IMG/VR virus record: IMGVR_UViG_3300037424_000448
Coordinates: 1-47,642 of that record
Direction: 5' to 3' (one strand)
Length of the DNA stretch: 47,642 nt
From: a virus
Taxonomy: Duplodnaviria; Caudoviricetes
In this document: piece after piece, positions 35,243 through 45,728 of the stretch
Numbering within the stretch: position 1 is the first letter of the stretch
Layout: every line of letters begins with the position of its first letter
Program-made: the position numbers and the translations under genes
The notes under the pieces: generated by a model
Database searches by the model: none
What the model was told of the DNA's origin: nothing
The model's input: only the letters and a program-made list of their open reading frames with translations

Positions 35243-36463
35243 ATGCAAACACCAAACACAGTAGATATGTATTCAAGGTTTATGGACGAGCTGTTTGACG
35301 AAAAAGAAGTAGTCGCAGTCTCTACGGTTTACCAGCAGTTTTTCGGTAAATCAGCATTCGGCGGAAGTAAAACGATTTACTCCCCGGATTCGGACGTAGT
35401 TGAGATAGATATTATGCGTGCAAATGAAAGGATTGCTGCTCTTATACATAGAGATACAAACGGCGAGTTCCTGAATTTAAAACGCAATACTCTAACTCAA
35501 AATTATTCCAGCTTTAGCAGATTATATCCACTTGCCGAAGAAATAGGGAATATCACAGCCTCGCAGATTAACAAACGCGTCGGCGGTGAAAATCCTTACG
35601 AACGCAGAAGCAAAATTGACAGAATGAGAATGCTTGCACGCGAACATCACATGGAACACATCAGACGTTATGTCAGATTGTTCGAAGTTCTCGCAGGCCA
35701 GTCACTTCTTGGCGGTATGCAAGCGTCAATCTTAGGCTCTGCAAATACCGGCAACTGGTACGATTTTAACAGGAACGCAGGTTTACTCGTTTCACCGGCA
35801 ATTCCCTGGGATCAGGCAGGAGCAAACATACTTGGCGATATCGATGACGGATGCGACCAGTTAAGAATACTCGGCCATGTCCGCCCGAACGTAATGTTCA
35901 TGGCAGGCGATGTATGCAACGTATTCTTGAGAGATACAACTATACAGGCAATGGCAGACATCAAAGGCTATAACCTTGTCAGAGCAGGCGAAGGACAGTT
36001 TAATCTTCCCGGAAGTTTATCTGACCTTGTAGCAGCCGGAGCAGATGCAATCGGCAGACTTACAACTCCTAAAGGCCGGACAATTTATCTTTTCAGCTAT
36101 GACGCAGTTGTAACCGATGATAACGGCGCAGCACAGAATCTATTACCGGATGGAATAGTATTTCTTGCATTTTACGGCGCAAGATGCGACAGATATTTCG
36201 GCCCTGCGGAAAGATTGCCTATAATTTCGAGTGATCTTGCATTTTATCAGGAAACATTCGGAATGAATATGGCAACACCGGTTATCCCGTCGAATATAAA
36301 GAATGTCGGCGGAGTAGTTACTCCTCAGATGTTCTATTGCGACGCATACAGAGCAGAAGACAATAAAAAAATAGCTATAAGAACACAGTCTGCGCCTATA
36401 TTCGCGACGACACAAACCGACAGTTTCTATACAATGTCGAATGTTCTTACACGCAGCTCATAG
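35243..36463 (+). CDS. Major capsid protein, lambda gpE family
   Basis: 406 aa, strong SD AAGGAGG, C-terminal TQSAP motif, synteny. Confidence 0.85.
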   Translation: MQTPNTVDMYSRFMDELFDEKEVVAVSTVYQQFFGKSAFGGSKTIYSPDSDVVEIDIMRANERIAALIHRDTNGEFLNLKRNTLTQNYSSFSRLYPLAEEIGNITASQINKRVGGENPYERRSKIDRMRMLAREHHMEHIRRYVRLFEVLAGQSLLGGMQASILGSANTGNWYDFNRNAGLLVSPAIPWDQAGANILGDIDDGCDQLRILGHVRPNVMFMAGDVCNVFLRDTTIQAMADIKGYNLVRAGEGQFNLPGSLSDLVAAGADAIGRLTTPKGRTIYLFSYDAVVTDDNGAAQNLLPDGIVFLAFYGARCDRYFGPAERLPIISSDLAFYQETFGMNMATPVIPSNIKNVGGVVTPQMFYCDAYRAEDNKKIAIRTQSAPIFATTQTDSFYTMSNVLTRSS

Positions 36464-36471
36464 GAGGGACT

Positions 36472-36687
36472 ATGAATAGTATAATGTTAGGTCCTTCTTT
36501 TAAAAAGATAGTGCCGAAGAAGAAAGTTAATTTCATGGCAATACCTGTAAAAGAAGACGATAAAATCGTAGTTCCGACGGAACCGGTTGAAACGGAACCG
36601 AAAACGGTAAATCCGAGGAAACCGAAGACGGTAAAGCCGAAAGTCGAGGTAAAAGAAGATGTTAAACAGAATAGTTCCGCAGAATAA
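36472..36687 (+). CDS. Small Pro/Lys/Thr-rich hypothetical protein
   Basis: SD GGAGG; low-complexity PTEPVETEPKTVNPRKPKTVKPK. Confidence 0.55.
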   Translation: MNSIMLGPSFKKIVPKKKVNFMAIPVKEDDKIVVPTEPVETEPKTVNPRKPKTVKPKVEVKEDVKQNSSAE

Positions 36688-36856
36688 ACGCGTATATGTT
36701 GGCGGACATAAATTCGTCGAAGGAGATGTGCTTCCTGCTCATGTGGCAATAAGAATGCCCGATCTGAACGAGCAGGAAGTAGAAATCCTTGCAGACGAAA
36801 TAGAAGTCCCGAAAAAACGTACACGCAAAAAAGTTGAGGTTGAAAATTTTGGATAA
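36659..36856 (+). CDS. Small head-associated hypothetical protein
   Basis: VYVGGHKFVEGDVL hairpin-like motif plus basic tail; SD GAGG. Confidence 0.5.
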   Translation: MLNRIVPQNKRVYVGGHKFVEGDVLPAHVAIRMPDLNEQEVEILADEIEVPKKRTRKKVEVENFG

Positions 36857-37265
36857 CTTACGACAGGAAATAGAACACGATCTTTATGATTCTCTCGAAT
36901 CCGAATGGAAAATGCCAGTCGAACTGACAACACCGGACGGACAAGTTCAGCGATACAGTCTGAACAATCCGAGTGAATTATTAGGCGGTCAGGTTTTATA
37001 TTTCAGTCGCAGGGAAAATCCTGACACCGGCGAAGTCGTAGTAGTAGACCAGCCGGTAGTCACTATTAGAGTATCAAGTCTTATTCGCGTACCGAAGCAG
37101 GGTGAGCGTTGGTATATAAAAATGCCTATCTCCCCAGTATCGGGCGCAGAAAAGAAATCTTTTGTATTTACGCCTGACAGAAGTTATGAACACGGCACAG
37201 ATATAGGGTTTATGAGAATATATCCGCAAAAAGTAGGCAAGGAGACTCCAACGGTAAGCGTATGA
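36834..37265 (+). CDS. Head-tail joining/closure protein
   Basis: Beta-rich 143 aa at the neck position; start uncertain. Confidence 0.55.
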   Translation: MRLKILDNLRQEIEHDLYDSLESEWKMPVELTTPDGQVQRYSLNNPSELLGGQVLYFSRRENPDTGEVVVVDQPVVTIRVSSLIRVPKQGERWYIKMPISPVSGAEKKSFVFTPDRSYEHGTDIGFMRIYPQKVGKETPTVSV

Positions 37266-37888
37266 TGGAATTTGAAGAAATAAAAATTGCATTAGTCAAT
37301 TTACTCGGAGCTGCGGCAGGAAGCAGGTTCCAGGTAATAGGCTACCAGCGTCAATCGAAGTCAGCGGACGAAGTTGAAAATAATAATCGTTTAGTACAAG
37401 TTTATTATTCAGACGGAGATTTTCCAAAGACGGGAAGGATGCACGGAGCCAAAACGCATGATTGCAATTTTGAAGTCGACCTCACAGCCAGTGCAGCAGC
37501 AGAAGCAGATTTAAATGTATTGGACTCGGAGACAGCAACGGAGCAAATGAAAGCCGCTGCCCTTATAGCGTTAAAGACAGCTGCCGAAGTTGCAGACACA
37601 AAGATTGATGAGTTAATCAGATACGTTTTCGGAATACTCATGGACGCACGCAATTTGGATATCGGACTTGCTAAAGGTCGTGTAACAAATAGATGGATAG
37701 GCAGAATACAAAAAGACACAATGCTTGAAAGAGGATCGTTAGTAGTTAAGACAGCTAATTTAAAATATTCGTGCCGGGTGCAGGAAGAGGTCAATGGCGA
37801 CATAGGCAACGTACCTGATCCGGTTATAATAGAATCAGACGTACCGGCAGGCGACACCGCAGGCGCGGGCGTAACTGTAAATCAATAA
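37262..37888 (+). CDS. Tail terminator/neck protein
   Basis: Position immediately before the sheath. Confidence 0.5.
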   Translation: MMEFEEIKIALVNLLGAAAGSRFQVIGYQRQSKSADEVENNNRLVQVYYSDGDFPKTGRMHGAKTHDCNFEVDLTASAAAEADLNVLDSETATEQMKAAALIALKTAAEVADTKIDELIRYVFGILMDARNLDIGLAKGRVTNRWIGRIQKDTMLERGSLVVKTANLKYSCRVQEEVNGDIGNVPDPVIIESDVPAGDTAGAGVTVNQ

Positions 37889-37903
37889 GGAGGATTAAAT
37901 GAA

Positions 37904-39472
37904 ATGACAATATATCCCTCATCACTTGCGGCAATAGTTGGCGTAGGCGTAGAGAATCAGCAATTTGCAGTCTCCGCGCAAGTCGTCCCGCAAAAGAATG
38001 TTATCATAGGTACGTTTGATGAAGCGACATTTTTGACAATAGTTCCAAACGTCCCTTTAAGGGTATTCAGTCCCGCAGATGTAGGCGGTAGAACCGGATA
38101 CGGATTTATGCTTCACAGGCTGGCAAAGGCAATGTTTAAGCCGGGCAGTGTAGAGACATGGATTATACCACAACTCGAAGGCGGCAGCGATCCCGATCAG
38201 GCTACAGGCACAATCGATTTTACGACATCGTTAAATCCAGTCGCAGGAACGATACATCTATATATCGCAGGAGAACACGTACCGGTTAATATCACGGCCG
38301 GAATGTCAGACACGGCAATAGGCGACGCAGTCGAAGCGGCAGTAAATGCGAATGACGATTTATCAGTCACAGCAAATAACGTAGCCGGAATTGTAACCTT
38401 TACCAGCAAGTCGGGCGGAACATGGGGGAATCATATATCCCTTGAGTTCAATCTCGGCGGCGGTGAAGTATTACCGACAGGCGTTGCAGCAGTCGTAGTC
38501 GATATGTCAGGCGGCGCCGGCGTGCCAGATATTCAGGACGCACTCGATGCACTTGGAACCGGCGACGGGCAGAATGAAGATTTTTTTACAAATGTAATTC
38601 ACGGATACGGAACCGACACCGGAACTTTGAACGCATTATCAGAATATAACGGAGTCGGAAACGAGTTTATCGGGAATTACAAAAAAGAAATCGCAAGACC
38701 ATTCAGGTCGTTATTTTGCGACGTTACACCCGGAAGCGCAGGACTTGCGGCGGCATTGATAGCAGCAGATTTAAGACGTGATGACAGGACAAACGGATTT
38801 ATTGCAGCCCCGGGAAGTCCTAATCATCCGTCAGAAATAGCAGCTCAGGCAGTCGGAGTCATAGCAGTTACAAACTCAATCAGAGCAGAAGAAGGATATA
38901 TCGATAAAGCTCTTGACGGAGTTTATCCAGGCGCAATCGCAGACAGATGGACAAACGACTATGACAGCAGAGATCAAGCAGTTCGCGGCGGCGTAGGTAC
39001 GACACTTTATAAAGGCGGAGTTTTAACCCTTCAGAATGTCATAACCCTTTACAGGCCTACAACGGTAGCGCCAGAATCAAACGGATATAGGGCGATGCGT
39101 AATATTTCCATCTTACAGAATCTGCTTTATAATTACCGTATGAATTTTGAGCGCACGAAGTGGAAAGGAATATCGATTGTAGAAGATACTGCAAAAGTAT
39201 CTAATATAAACGATAGACTGAAAGCCCGCGACGTTGACGCAATACTCGATGATCTTGTTGACCTTGCGAATGTGTTTGCCGGTAATGCGTGGCTATATAC
39301 AGCAAGCTATACAATTTCAGAATTGCAGAAAGGCGATAAAGTAACATTAAGGGCAGGCTTAACAGGATTTGATATAATATTTCCTGTCATCCTTTCCGGC
39401 GAAGGTGGGATATATAATTCTACAATAACCTTTGATACTTCAATCGCAATTTTAACCGCAGGAGGTGCATAA
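37904..39472 (+). CDS. Contractile tail sheath protein (Mu gpL-like)
   Basis: GYGFMLHR, GTIHLYIAG, SKSGGTWGN, MSGGAGVPD. Confidence 0.9.
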   Translation: MTIYPSSLAAIVGVGVENQQFAVSAQVVPQKNVIIGTFDEATFLTIVPNVPLRVFSPADVGGRTGYGFMLHRLAKAMFKPGSVETWIIPQLEGGSDPDQATGTIDFTTSLNPVAGTIHLYIAGEHVPVNITAGMSDTAIGDAVEAAVNANDDLSVTANNVAGIVTFTSKSGGTWGNHISLEFNLGGGEVLPTGVAAVVVDMSGGAGVPDIQDALDALGTGDGQNEDFFTNVIHGYGTDTGTLNALSEYNGVGNEFIGNYKKEIARPFRSLFCDVTPGSAGLAAALIAADLRRDDRTNGFIAAPGSPNHPSEIAAQAVGVIAVTNSIRAEEGYIDKALDGVYPGAIADRWTNDYDSRDQAVRGGVGTTLYKGGVLTLQNVITLYRPTTVAPESNGYRAMRNISILQNLLYNYRMNFERTKWKGISIVEDTAKVSNINDRLKARDVDAILDDLVDLANVFAGNAWLYTASYTISELQKGDKVTLRAGLTGFDIIFPVILSGEGGIYNSTITFDTSIAILTAGGA

Positions 39473-39475
39473 AAC

Positions 39476-39853
39476 ATGGGAAACAATACAGGCTCATTAA
39501 GGAAGATCGTTTTAAACGGCGTTACATTTGATGTCCCAGGCGATACCAATATCACGTTTAATAATTCAAAGTTCACGACCGAGGGTATGCCGACATCAGG
39601 AAAGACAATGTTTAAAATGATGCGCAAAGTCAAGACAGTTGAAAGCGTGGAACTCGGCACAACTCCGGCGGAAATGGAACAGATCAAAGAACTTTCTGAA
39701 GGATTAGCGGACATCACGTTAAGTTTTGAACTTGCGGACGGCTCGGTTTATAAAGGCAAAGGCAGAATTGATTTCGAATCTTATGAATCCGAGACAGGCA
39801 AGACTAAAATTAAATTGATACCAGATGGGGACTGGACGCCCTTTTTGGCATAA
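39476..39853 (+). CDS. Tail tube protein (Mu gpM-like)
   Basis: 125 aa after the sheath; ELADGSVY motif. Confidence 0.8.
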   Translation: MGNNTGSLRKIVLNGVTFDVPGDTNITFNNSKFTTEGMPTSGKTMFKMMRKVKTVESVELGTTPAEMEQIKELSEGLADITLSFELADGSVYKGKGRIDFESYESETGKTKIKLIPDGDWTPFLA

Positions 39854-39865
39854 CGGACATACAAT

Positions 39866-40684
39866 ATGATAGAACCGGTTTACATACTTATTCGCACATC
39901 AAACAGGCCGAAATATTTTGAAAGAATGATGGCATCGATAAAAAAACAAACTTATAAAAATATCGTGACCATAGTTCATTCAGACGACCCGCGCGATAAG
40001 TATGTAACCGGGGATGTCATATTAAGATGTCCAGCCTATACATCCGAGTTTGGCGACGGCACATATAATCTGTATAACAATAGATTATTGAAAGCTATAC
40101 CTTCCGGATCAGGCTGGTTTCATTTTATGGACGATGACGACGAATACGAATCTCCCGATGTCATAGAAAGACTTGTTGAAAACAGCAAGAGAGATCATAT
40201 CAATGTTGCAAGAGTAAAAAGAATAATGCACGGGAAAGAAGTTATCTATCCGAGAAACTGGGGCGGACAGAAAAGTTTTCAGACAGAAATATTTTTTTTG
40301 CATACTGACCATAAAGGGAAAGCGCGATGGTGGGGAAATAAAGGCGGCGATCATCATTATTCAAAACAACTCACAAAAGTATTGCCGATAAATTGGATAG
40401 ACAATTTAATTATATGTCACGCGCAGGAAGCAAAAGGAAACGGAAACAAACTCGACGAAGGGATAAAACGTACAAATTATAAAGACGCGTTCGCACCTGA
40501 TAAAGAAGTTGCATGTCTGGGATTGATGACATTAAGAGACGCAATCAAAATACGGCAAGGTGAAATAAAACGTATGCCGTATCATCAAGCCTTACAGTTG
40601 GAGCAGCAAGGCAAGATAAAAATTACATATTACGCAGAATTTATAGAGAAAGCTCCGCCGAGGAGCATATTAAATATAAGATAG
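39866..40684 (+). CDS. Glycosyltransferase (GT-A/GT2-like) inside the tail operon
   Basis: ILIRTSNRP, SIKKQTYKNI, HSDD, FMDDDD (DxD), GGD. Confidence 0.8.
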   Translation: MIEPVYILIRTSNRPKYFERMMASIKKQTYKNIVTIVHSDDPRDKYVTGDVILRCPAYTSEFGDGTYNLYNNRLLKAIPSGSGWFHFMDDDDEYESPDVIERLVENSKRDHINVARVKRIMHGKEVIYPRNWGGQKSFQTEIFFLHTDHKGKARWWGNKGGDHHYSKQLTKVLPINWIDNLIICHAQEAKGNGNKLDEGIKRTNYKDAFAPDKEVACLGLMTLRDAIKIRQGEIKRMPYHQALQLEQQGKIKITYYAEFIEKAPPRSILNIR

Positions 40685-40692
40685 GAGTTTTT

Positions 40693-41106
40693 ATGCAGGA
40701 AGAAAAATATACATTAAGTCAGGAAACGGCGCAAGCTGAATTAAAGAAGATGTTTGATTATTACGAAATCGACATCGACGGAATAGAGACACCTGAATTA
40801 AAGAAAGCAATACAAGCAGGATATGACCGGCTTATTAAGGCGGTAAGACTCGGCAGACTCGAAGTCAAAGCAGAGAATGGAATACAGGTTATCCAGACAT
40901 TAAAGAGCGGCGACAAAATAACATACCGTGAAATAGACGGCGTTGCAAAAACCGAAATGGCAGGCAAGGACGAAAAGGATTATTACGGAAAATCATATGC
41001 TCTAATGGGAAGTCTGTCTGGACTCGGTGAGACTGCAATCAAGAAATTAAGAGGCGTTGACCTTTCCCTTTGCGAGGTGCTTGGTCTAATTTTTTTGTCA
41101 GTGTAA
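40693..41106 (+). CDS. Tail assembly chaperone (gpG-like)
   Basis: Before the tape measure; IKKLRGVDL motif; slippery T run at 3' end. Confidence 0.7.
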   Translation: MQEEKYTLSQETAQAELKKMFDYYEIDIDGIETPELKKAIQAGYDRLIKAVRLGRLEVKAENGIQVIQTLKSGDKITYREIDGVAKTEMAGKDEKDYYGKSYALMGSLSGLGETAIKKLRGVDLSLCEVLGLIFLSV

Positions 41107-41309
41107 ACCGGATGGGGCAATGGATGGGAAATCTATTTTCCAGACAGCAACCAATATCCGAGATTAAAAAAATGAGATACGCAGAGATGAGAGAGTGGAA
41201 TCAATGGCACGAGTTAATGTCAGATCAGGAAGCGAAAGTAACTTGCGGCAAATGCGGCAAAGTGTACGACTCAAGAAAACAGAAAAAATGTAATTGCGGA
41301 GATAAATAA
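41090..41309 (+). CDS. Tail assembly chaperone -1 frameshift extension (gpGT-like)
   Basis: T TTT TTG heptamer at 41091-41097; -1 frame open to 41309. Confidence 0.65.
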
Positions 41310-42757
41310 TGCCTGATTTTGCAGTACCGACAGCGTTCACAGGAAAAGGAAATCTTATCCCATATATGAATCAGGCTGGCCATGCCGTAGACAAATTCGG
41401 CAATAAAGGCGCCGCAGCATTTAAGAAAATAACCGGCTCCGGTTTTTCCGTTATGGGAATGATTAAAGGGATGTTACCTATTCTTTCAGCAGGTGCATTA
41501 TTACATTATGCTAATGAAGCGATAACAGCGTTTGAACAAAGTCAAGCAGCAGTAGCAAACGTAGAAGCCGGATTAAAATCAACAAATAACGCAATCGGTT
41601 TAACCTCTAAACAAATTCAGGGCATGGCCGCGCAATGGCAGAAGATAACCATATTTGAAGATGACGCGATATTACAAAATGTATCTGCTCAACTTTTGAC
41701 CTTTGGAAACATAGGAAAGAATAATTTTGACAGGGTACAAAGAGCTATCCTCGATGTCACAGCGAAATTAAAAGGTATAAACGCAACCGGAGACGATTTA
41801 AAAGGCACATCTATAATGATGGGTAAAATGATGGAAGATCCGGTCAAAGGATTAAGCGCAGCAAAAAGAATAGGCATATCATTTAACGCAACTGAAGAAG
41901 ATATGGTAAAGCAGATGGTTGCTGCCAATAATACAATTGGCGCTCAGACCTATATGCTTAAAATTATAGAACGTCAATATGGCGGCACAGCGGAAGCACT
42001 GGCGAAGACTGACAAAGGCATGGAACTAATCGCACGACATCAGATGGAAGACGCTATGGAGAATTTAGGAGAACAACTTATCCCACTTAAACGGACATTG
42101 ATAGATTTAGCCGTCGCAGTTTTACCGGCGTTTAATTCAGCGATAAGCATAGGAGCTACAATAATTAAAGATTATTATCCTGTTATTTTAGCAATCGCAG
42201 GCGGATTCGCGTTATATAAAACAGTACTTGCCGGAGTCTGGATGGCTCAAAAAATAATGATGATTGCTGGATGGGTACAGTATTTATTTATGATGCGCAG
42301 TGCAATAATGGGAGCGATAACAGCAACTAAAATATGGAGAGTTGCCCAGATAGGATTAAATTTCGTAATGTCGGCAAATCCTATTATCCTTATTGCAGCC
42401 GCAATCGCAGGACTAATAATGTATATAATCTGGTTGAATAGTCATCTCGATGAAGCACGTCAACTCTTTATGGATATAAGCGAGTTCATGGATAAACCCT
42501 GGGTGCAAGCTCTATTATCGGCAATACCTGGGATGAATACGGCAGTGGCATTGCGTAATCAGATTAAACAGAATCAGCAAATGCAGGCTCCGAATTCAGC
42601 GCAAACAGAATCAAGGAATCAATCATCGAGTTATCAAGGCACATTAAATGTAAATGCTCCACAAGGAAGTACACTATCGGAAAAGAAAAAAGGTGCGCCG
42701 CCTATAAATATAAATCTTATGGGGCCTGATCCTATCGGCTCTTTTGGGAGTTATTAA
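41309..42757 (+). CDS. Tape measure protein
   Basis: Ala-rich helical, QLLTFGNI, DPVKGLSA, MSANPI motifs. Confidence 0.85.
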   Translation: MPDFAVPTAFTGKGNLIPYMNQAGHAVDKFGNKGAAAFKKITGSGFSVMGMIKGMLPILSAGALLHYANEAITAFEQSQAAVANVEAGLKSTNNAIGLTSKQIQGMAAQWQKITIFEDDAILQNVSAQLLTFGNIGKNNFDRVQRAILDVTAKLKGINATGDDLKGTSIMMGKMMEDPVKGLSAAKRIGISFNATEEDMVKQMVAANNTIGAQTYMLKIIERQYGGTAEALAKTDKGMELIARHQMEDAMENLGEQLIPLKRTLIDLAVAVLPAFNSAISIGATIIKDYYPVILAIAGGFALYKTVLAGVWMAQKIMMIAGWVQYLFMMRSAIMGAITATKIWRVAQIGLNFVMSANPIILIAAAIAGLIMYIIWLNSHLDEARQLFMDISEFMDKPWVQALLSAIPGMNTAVALRNQIKQNQQMQAPNSAQTESRNQSSSYQGTLNVNAPQGSTLSEKKKGAPPININLMGPDPIGSFGSY

Positions 42758-44041
42758 ATGAGCTGGCTAAATGCAACAAGACCTGAAATAAAATTAACGT
42801 CACCAAATAACAGCGTCTATTATGGACTATGGCGCGGTGGTGAAAGATCGGTAGAAAAGAAACTCGGAATATTCTCAATCCCAAATTTCAATGGCGACAT
42901 AATACAAGACCTTAACGTAAAGTCAGTTGCATATCCCATTACTTTTTATTTTACCGGCCTGAATCATCATCAGGAAGCAGAAGCCTTTTTCATAGACTTT
43001 GCCTTTGAGGTCGGACAATGGGAAATAGTACATCCGACAAAAGGAATCTTAATATTGCAGGGAGTGTCCGCAAGAGAAGTCATATCTCCGGTAGAAGATG
43101 CAAATACGACAACGATAGAAACGCAATGGCTCGAACCTGCAAATATTGAGCGTATAAGATCGAAAGCAGAAATAGCGGCCGGAATACTGGCAACAATCGA
43201 AGGATTAAAAGATAAAGCAGGCGACCTCGCAGCAATGGCGCAACAGTTGAGGACAGATTTATATGCTGCGATACAATCCTATGTCAGCACATTGAATCAA
43301 GCGATGGGATATACCGACAGTATAATGCGCGAGCTCACGGCGACAAACGCATTAAAGCAGGATTCGTATAATGAATCGAGATCAGGATTAAATAATACAT
43401 TAAATAATTTCGGCATAAATAATCCGGACGCATCCGACACGGCAGTCGCTACATTGGAAGTCATGCTGTCAGTAGTAGGCGATGAAAGCGATTTTACATC
43501 AGATTATCCTGCGTTCGACGGCTTGATTGACGATATATTAACACTGACACCGATAAACACGGCTGAAAAAGATTATAATACAGTAGTTGCTCAGGAATTG
43601 ACAATATCATCTATCCTTATCGCACTGGCACAAAGTATAATAGTATCAGACTTCGCAAGCAGAGCAGATATAATATCGGCGATGGAAAATATTACAAATA
43701 TATTTAACAATACAATAATTGAACTCGATGAGATACAAAATAAATTTGGCTATATCGATATTGATAAACAGTATTACGCATTAACGGCGACATATTCGAC
43801 GATAATGAATTTGTATGCACTGGTAATGCAGTATTTGATTGAACAGTTCTACAATCTTAAAACAGAGAAAATAATAATACTTAAAAATCCGAGAACACCA
43901 CTTGAAATCACAGTCACAGAATACGGCGAGTTGGGAATAGATGACGTTAATCTCGATCTTTTGATTAACTCAAATAATCTTACAGGCGATGAAATATATC
44001 TTTGTCCGGCAGGTAAAGAAATAAAAATATATGCAAGTTAA
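42758..44041 (+). CDS. DNA circularisation / tail initiator protein (Mu gp43-like)
   Basis: IQDL, VHPTKG; follows the tape measure. Confidence 0.75.
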   Translation: MSWLNATRPEIKLTSPNNSVYYGLWRGGERSVEKKLGIFSIPNFNGDIIQDLNVKSVAYPITFYFTGLNHHQEAEAFFIDFAFEVGQWEIVHPTKGILILQGVSAREVISPVEDANTTTIETQWLEPANIERIRSKAEIAAGILATIEGLKDKAGDLAAMAQQLRTDLYAAIQSYVSTLNQAMGYTDSIMRELTATNALKQDSYNESRSGLNNTLNNFGINNPDASDTAVATLEVMLSVVGDESDFTSDYPAFDGLIDDILTLTPINTAEKDYNTVVAQELTISSILIALAQSIIVSDFASRADIISAMENITNIFNNTIIELDEIQNKFGYIDIDKQYYALTATYSTIMNLYALVMQYLIEQFYNLKTEKIIILKNPRTPLEITVTEYGELGIDDVNLDLLINSNNLTGDEIYLCPAGKEIKIYAS

Positions 44042-45221
44042 ATTAGAAAATAAAAAGAAATACGATTTAACCTTAGTCATAGAAGGCCGAGAAATTATAA
44101 TTGATAGCGGCCGCTTAATTCGTACAATGGACACTTGCGCGGACGCGTTCTCATGTTCGATGCCTTGGAATCCTGGGAAAGATACTAAACTCGATGATAT
44201 TACAGCTCCTTATTCCTTTACGAATTGCGCTGTATATATCGGCGGTGACTTACAGATGACAGGCGTTCTCTATGATGTGACGCAAAAGAAAGGACAGGAC
44301 GGTATATTAAAAGACCTTGAGATATTCACGCAGACAGCAGATATAATAGACTCGACGATGTGGCCGCCGTATGAAGCAAATAATATCAGTCTGATAGATC
44401 GATGTAAACAACAATGCAATCCTTTCGGAATTAAAGTCATAGTCGGCGATGGCGTTAATTTGAAAGTAAAAAGAAAAGTTCTTGCAAGTGTTAAGCGTGA
44501 ATTTTTAGGAACATATAAACCGAGATATTTATTCCGCACATTAGAAGAAAATATAAATTATCAGGCATTACAGAAAGAAGTTGATATTTATAAATATAAA
44601 ATCATAACAGAAGAACAGAAATTCCCCAGAGTATCAGCTGAAGCAACGGAAACAATATTCAGTCATTTAAGAAAGTTGGCAGCTCAAAGAGGATGCTTAT
44701 TGTCATGTACTAAATATGGTGACCTCTTAATTACAAAAGCTAATTTATCAGATAAGCCAGTTGGCACAATCGAAGACGGCGGAATGTTAGCAAATTCTTA
44801 TGAAGCTAAATTCAGCGGACGCAAACGATTTAATATTTATCGCGCACTGACTTCGTCGAGTCATCATTCATCTCCAAACGCAGCATCAATCGTGAAAGAC
44901 CCAGACGTAAAGAAGCCGCGTATATTTACCTTTAAAAGCAACGAGAATATTCCAGGCGGCGGAACCAATGCGGCGAAGTGGGCAAAGAATAAACACATTG
45001 CGGAATCAATGACTTTCCCCCTTCCTGTCAATGATTGGTATGCTCCTAACGGCAAATTATGGGAACCAAATACGACGGCAACAGTAAAGTCAAGAATATT
45101 AGAAGCTACTGAAGGTTATAACTTTTTAATAAGACAAACTGAATTTGTGTTTGCAAAAGAAGGGCTTAATAGTACAATTTCGTTAATACCGCCTTTTGCT
45201 TACACATTAGAAGGAGAATAA
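44031..45221 (+). CDS. Baseplate hub (Mu gp44/P-like)
   Basis: TADIIDS, ETIFSHL, GKLWEPN motifs. Confidence 0.8.
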   Translation: MQVKLENKKKYDLTLVIEGREIIIDSGRLIRTMDTCADAFSCSMPWNPGKDTKLDDITAPYSFTNCAVYIGGDLQMTGVLYDVTQKKGQDGILKDLEIFTQTADIIDSTMWPPYEANNISLIDRCKQQCNPFGIKVIVGDGVNLKVKRKVLASVKREFLGTYKPRYLFRTLEENINYQALQKEVDIYKYKIITEEQKFPRVSAEATETIFSHLRKLAAQRGCLLSCTKYGDLLITKANLSDKPVGTIEDGGMLANSYEAKFSGRKRFNIYRALTSSSHHSSPNAASIVKDPDVKKPRIFTFKSNENIPGGGTNAAKWAKNKHIAESMTFPLPVNDWYAPNGKLWEPNTTATVKSRILEATEGYNFLIRQTEFVFAKEGLNSTISLIPPFAYTLEGE

Positions 45222-45728
45222 ATGGAACTCGGAATCATAACAGGCAGTGAGATAAAAAAAAATCGTGATGGCGATAAAGATAAAATATTATTGCAGGTGC
45301 AAGTTTTAGACGAAGATACGCGGACAGTCGAAATGATAGGCAATCACGGCGAAGATATACACCCGGCTCGGAATTGCAGAATAATAATAATCAGAATCGG
45401 CGGCAGTGAGTATTCACTTGGAATTACAGACGATCTTGAACCGGAAGTAGTAGCAGGCGAGAAGGAAATATATAGCACTGACGATCCGGTAACTGTTAAG
45501 AAAGCAAGAATGAAGTTCGGTGCAGATTCTGTTATAACAATAAATCAGGGCGTTAATTTTGCGGCGAAATATAATGAATTGAAAACAGCATACGAAGAGT
45601 TACAAAGTAAATTTAATAATCATGTACACCCGGGCGTAACAGCAGGCGTCGCGTCAACAGGCGCAACGGCAACTCCGAGCACAGGAGACATAACGCTATC
45701 TAAATGTGATAAGGTAAAATTACCATGA
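45222..45728 (+). CDS. Baseplate spike (Mu gp45-like)
   Basis: GEKEIYS, C-terminal NNHVHPG metal-tip motif. Confidence 0.8.
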   Translation: MELGIITGSEIKKNRDGDKDKILLQVQVLDEDTRTVEMIGNHGEDIHPARNCRIIIIRIGGSEYSLGITDDLEPEVVAGEKEIYSTDDPVTVKKARMKFGADSVITINQGVNFAAKYNELKTAYEELQSKFNNHVHPGVTAGVASTGATATPSTGDITLSKCDKVKLP

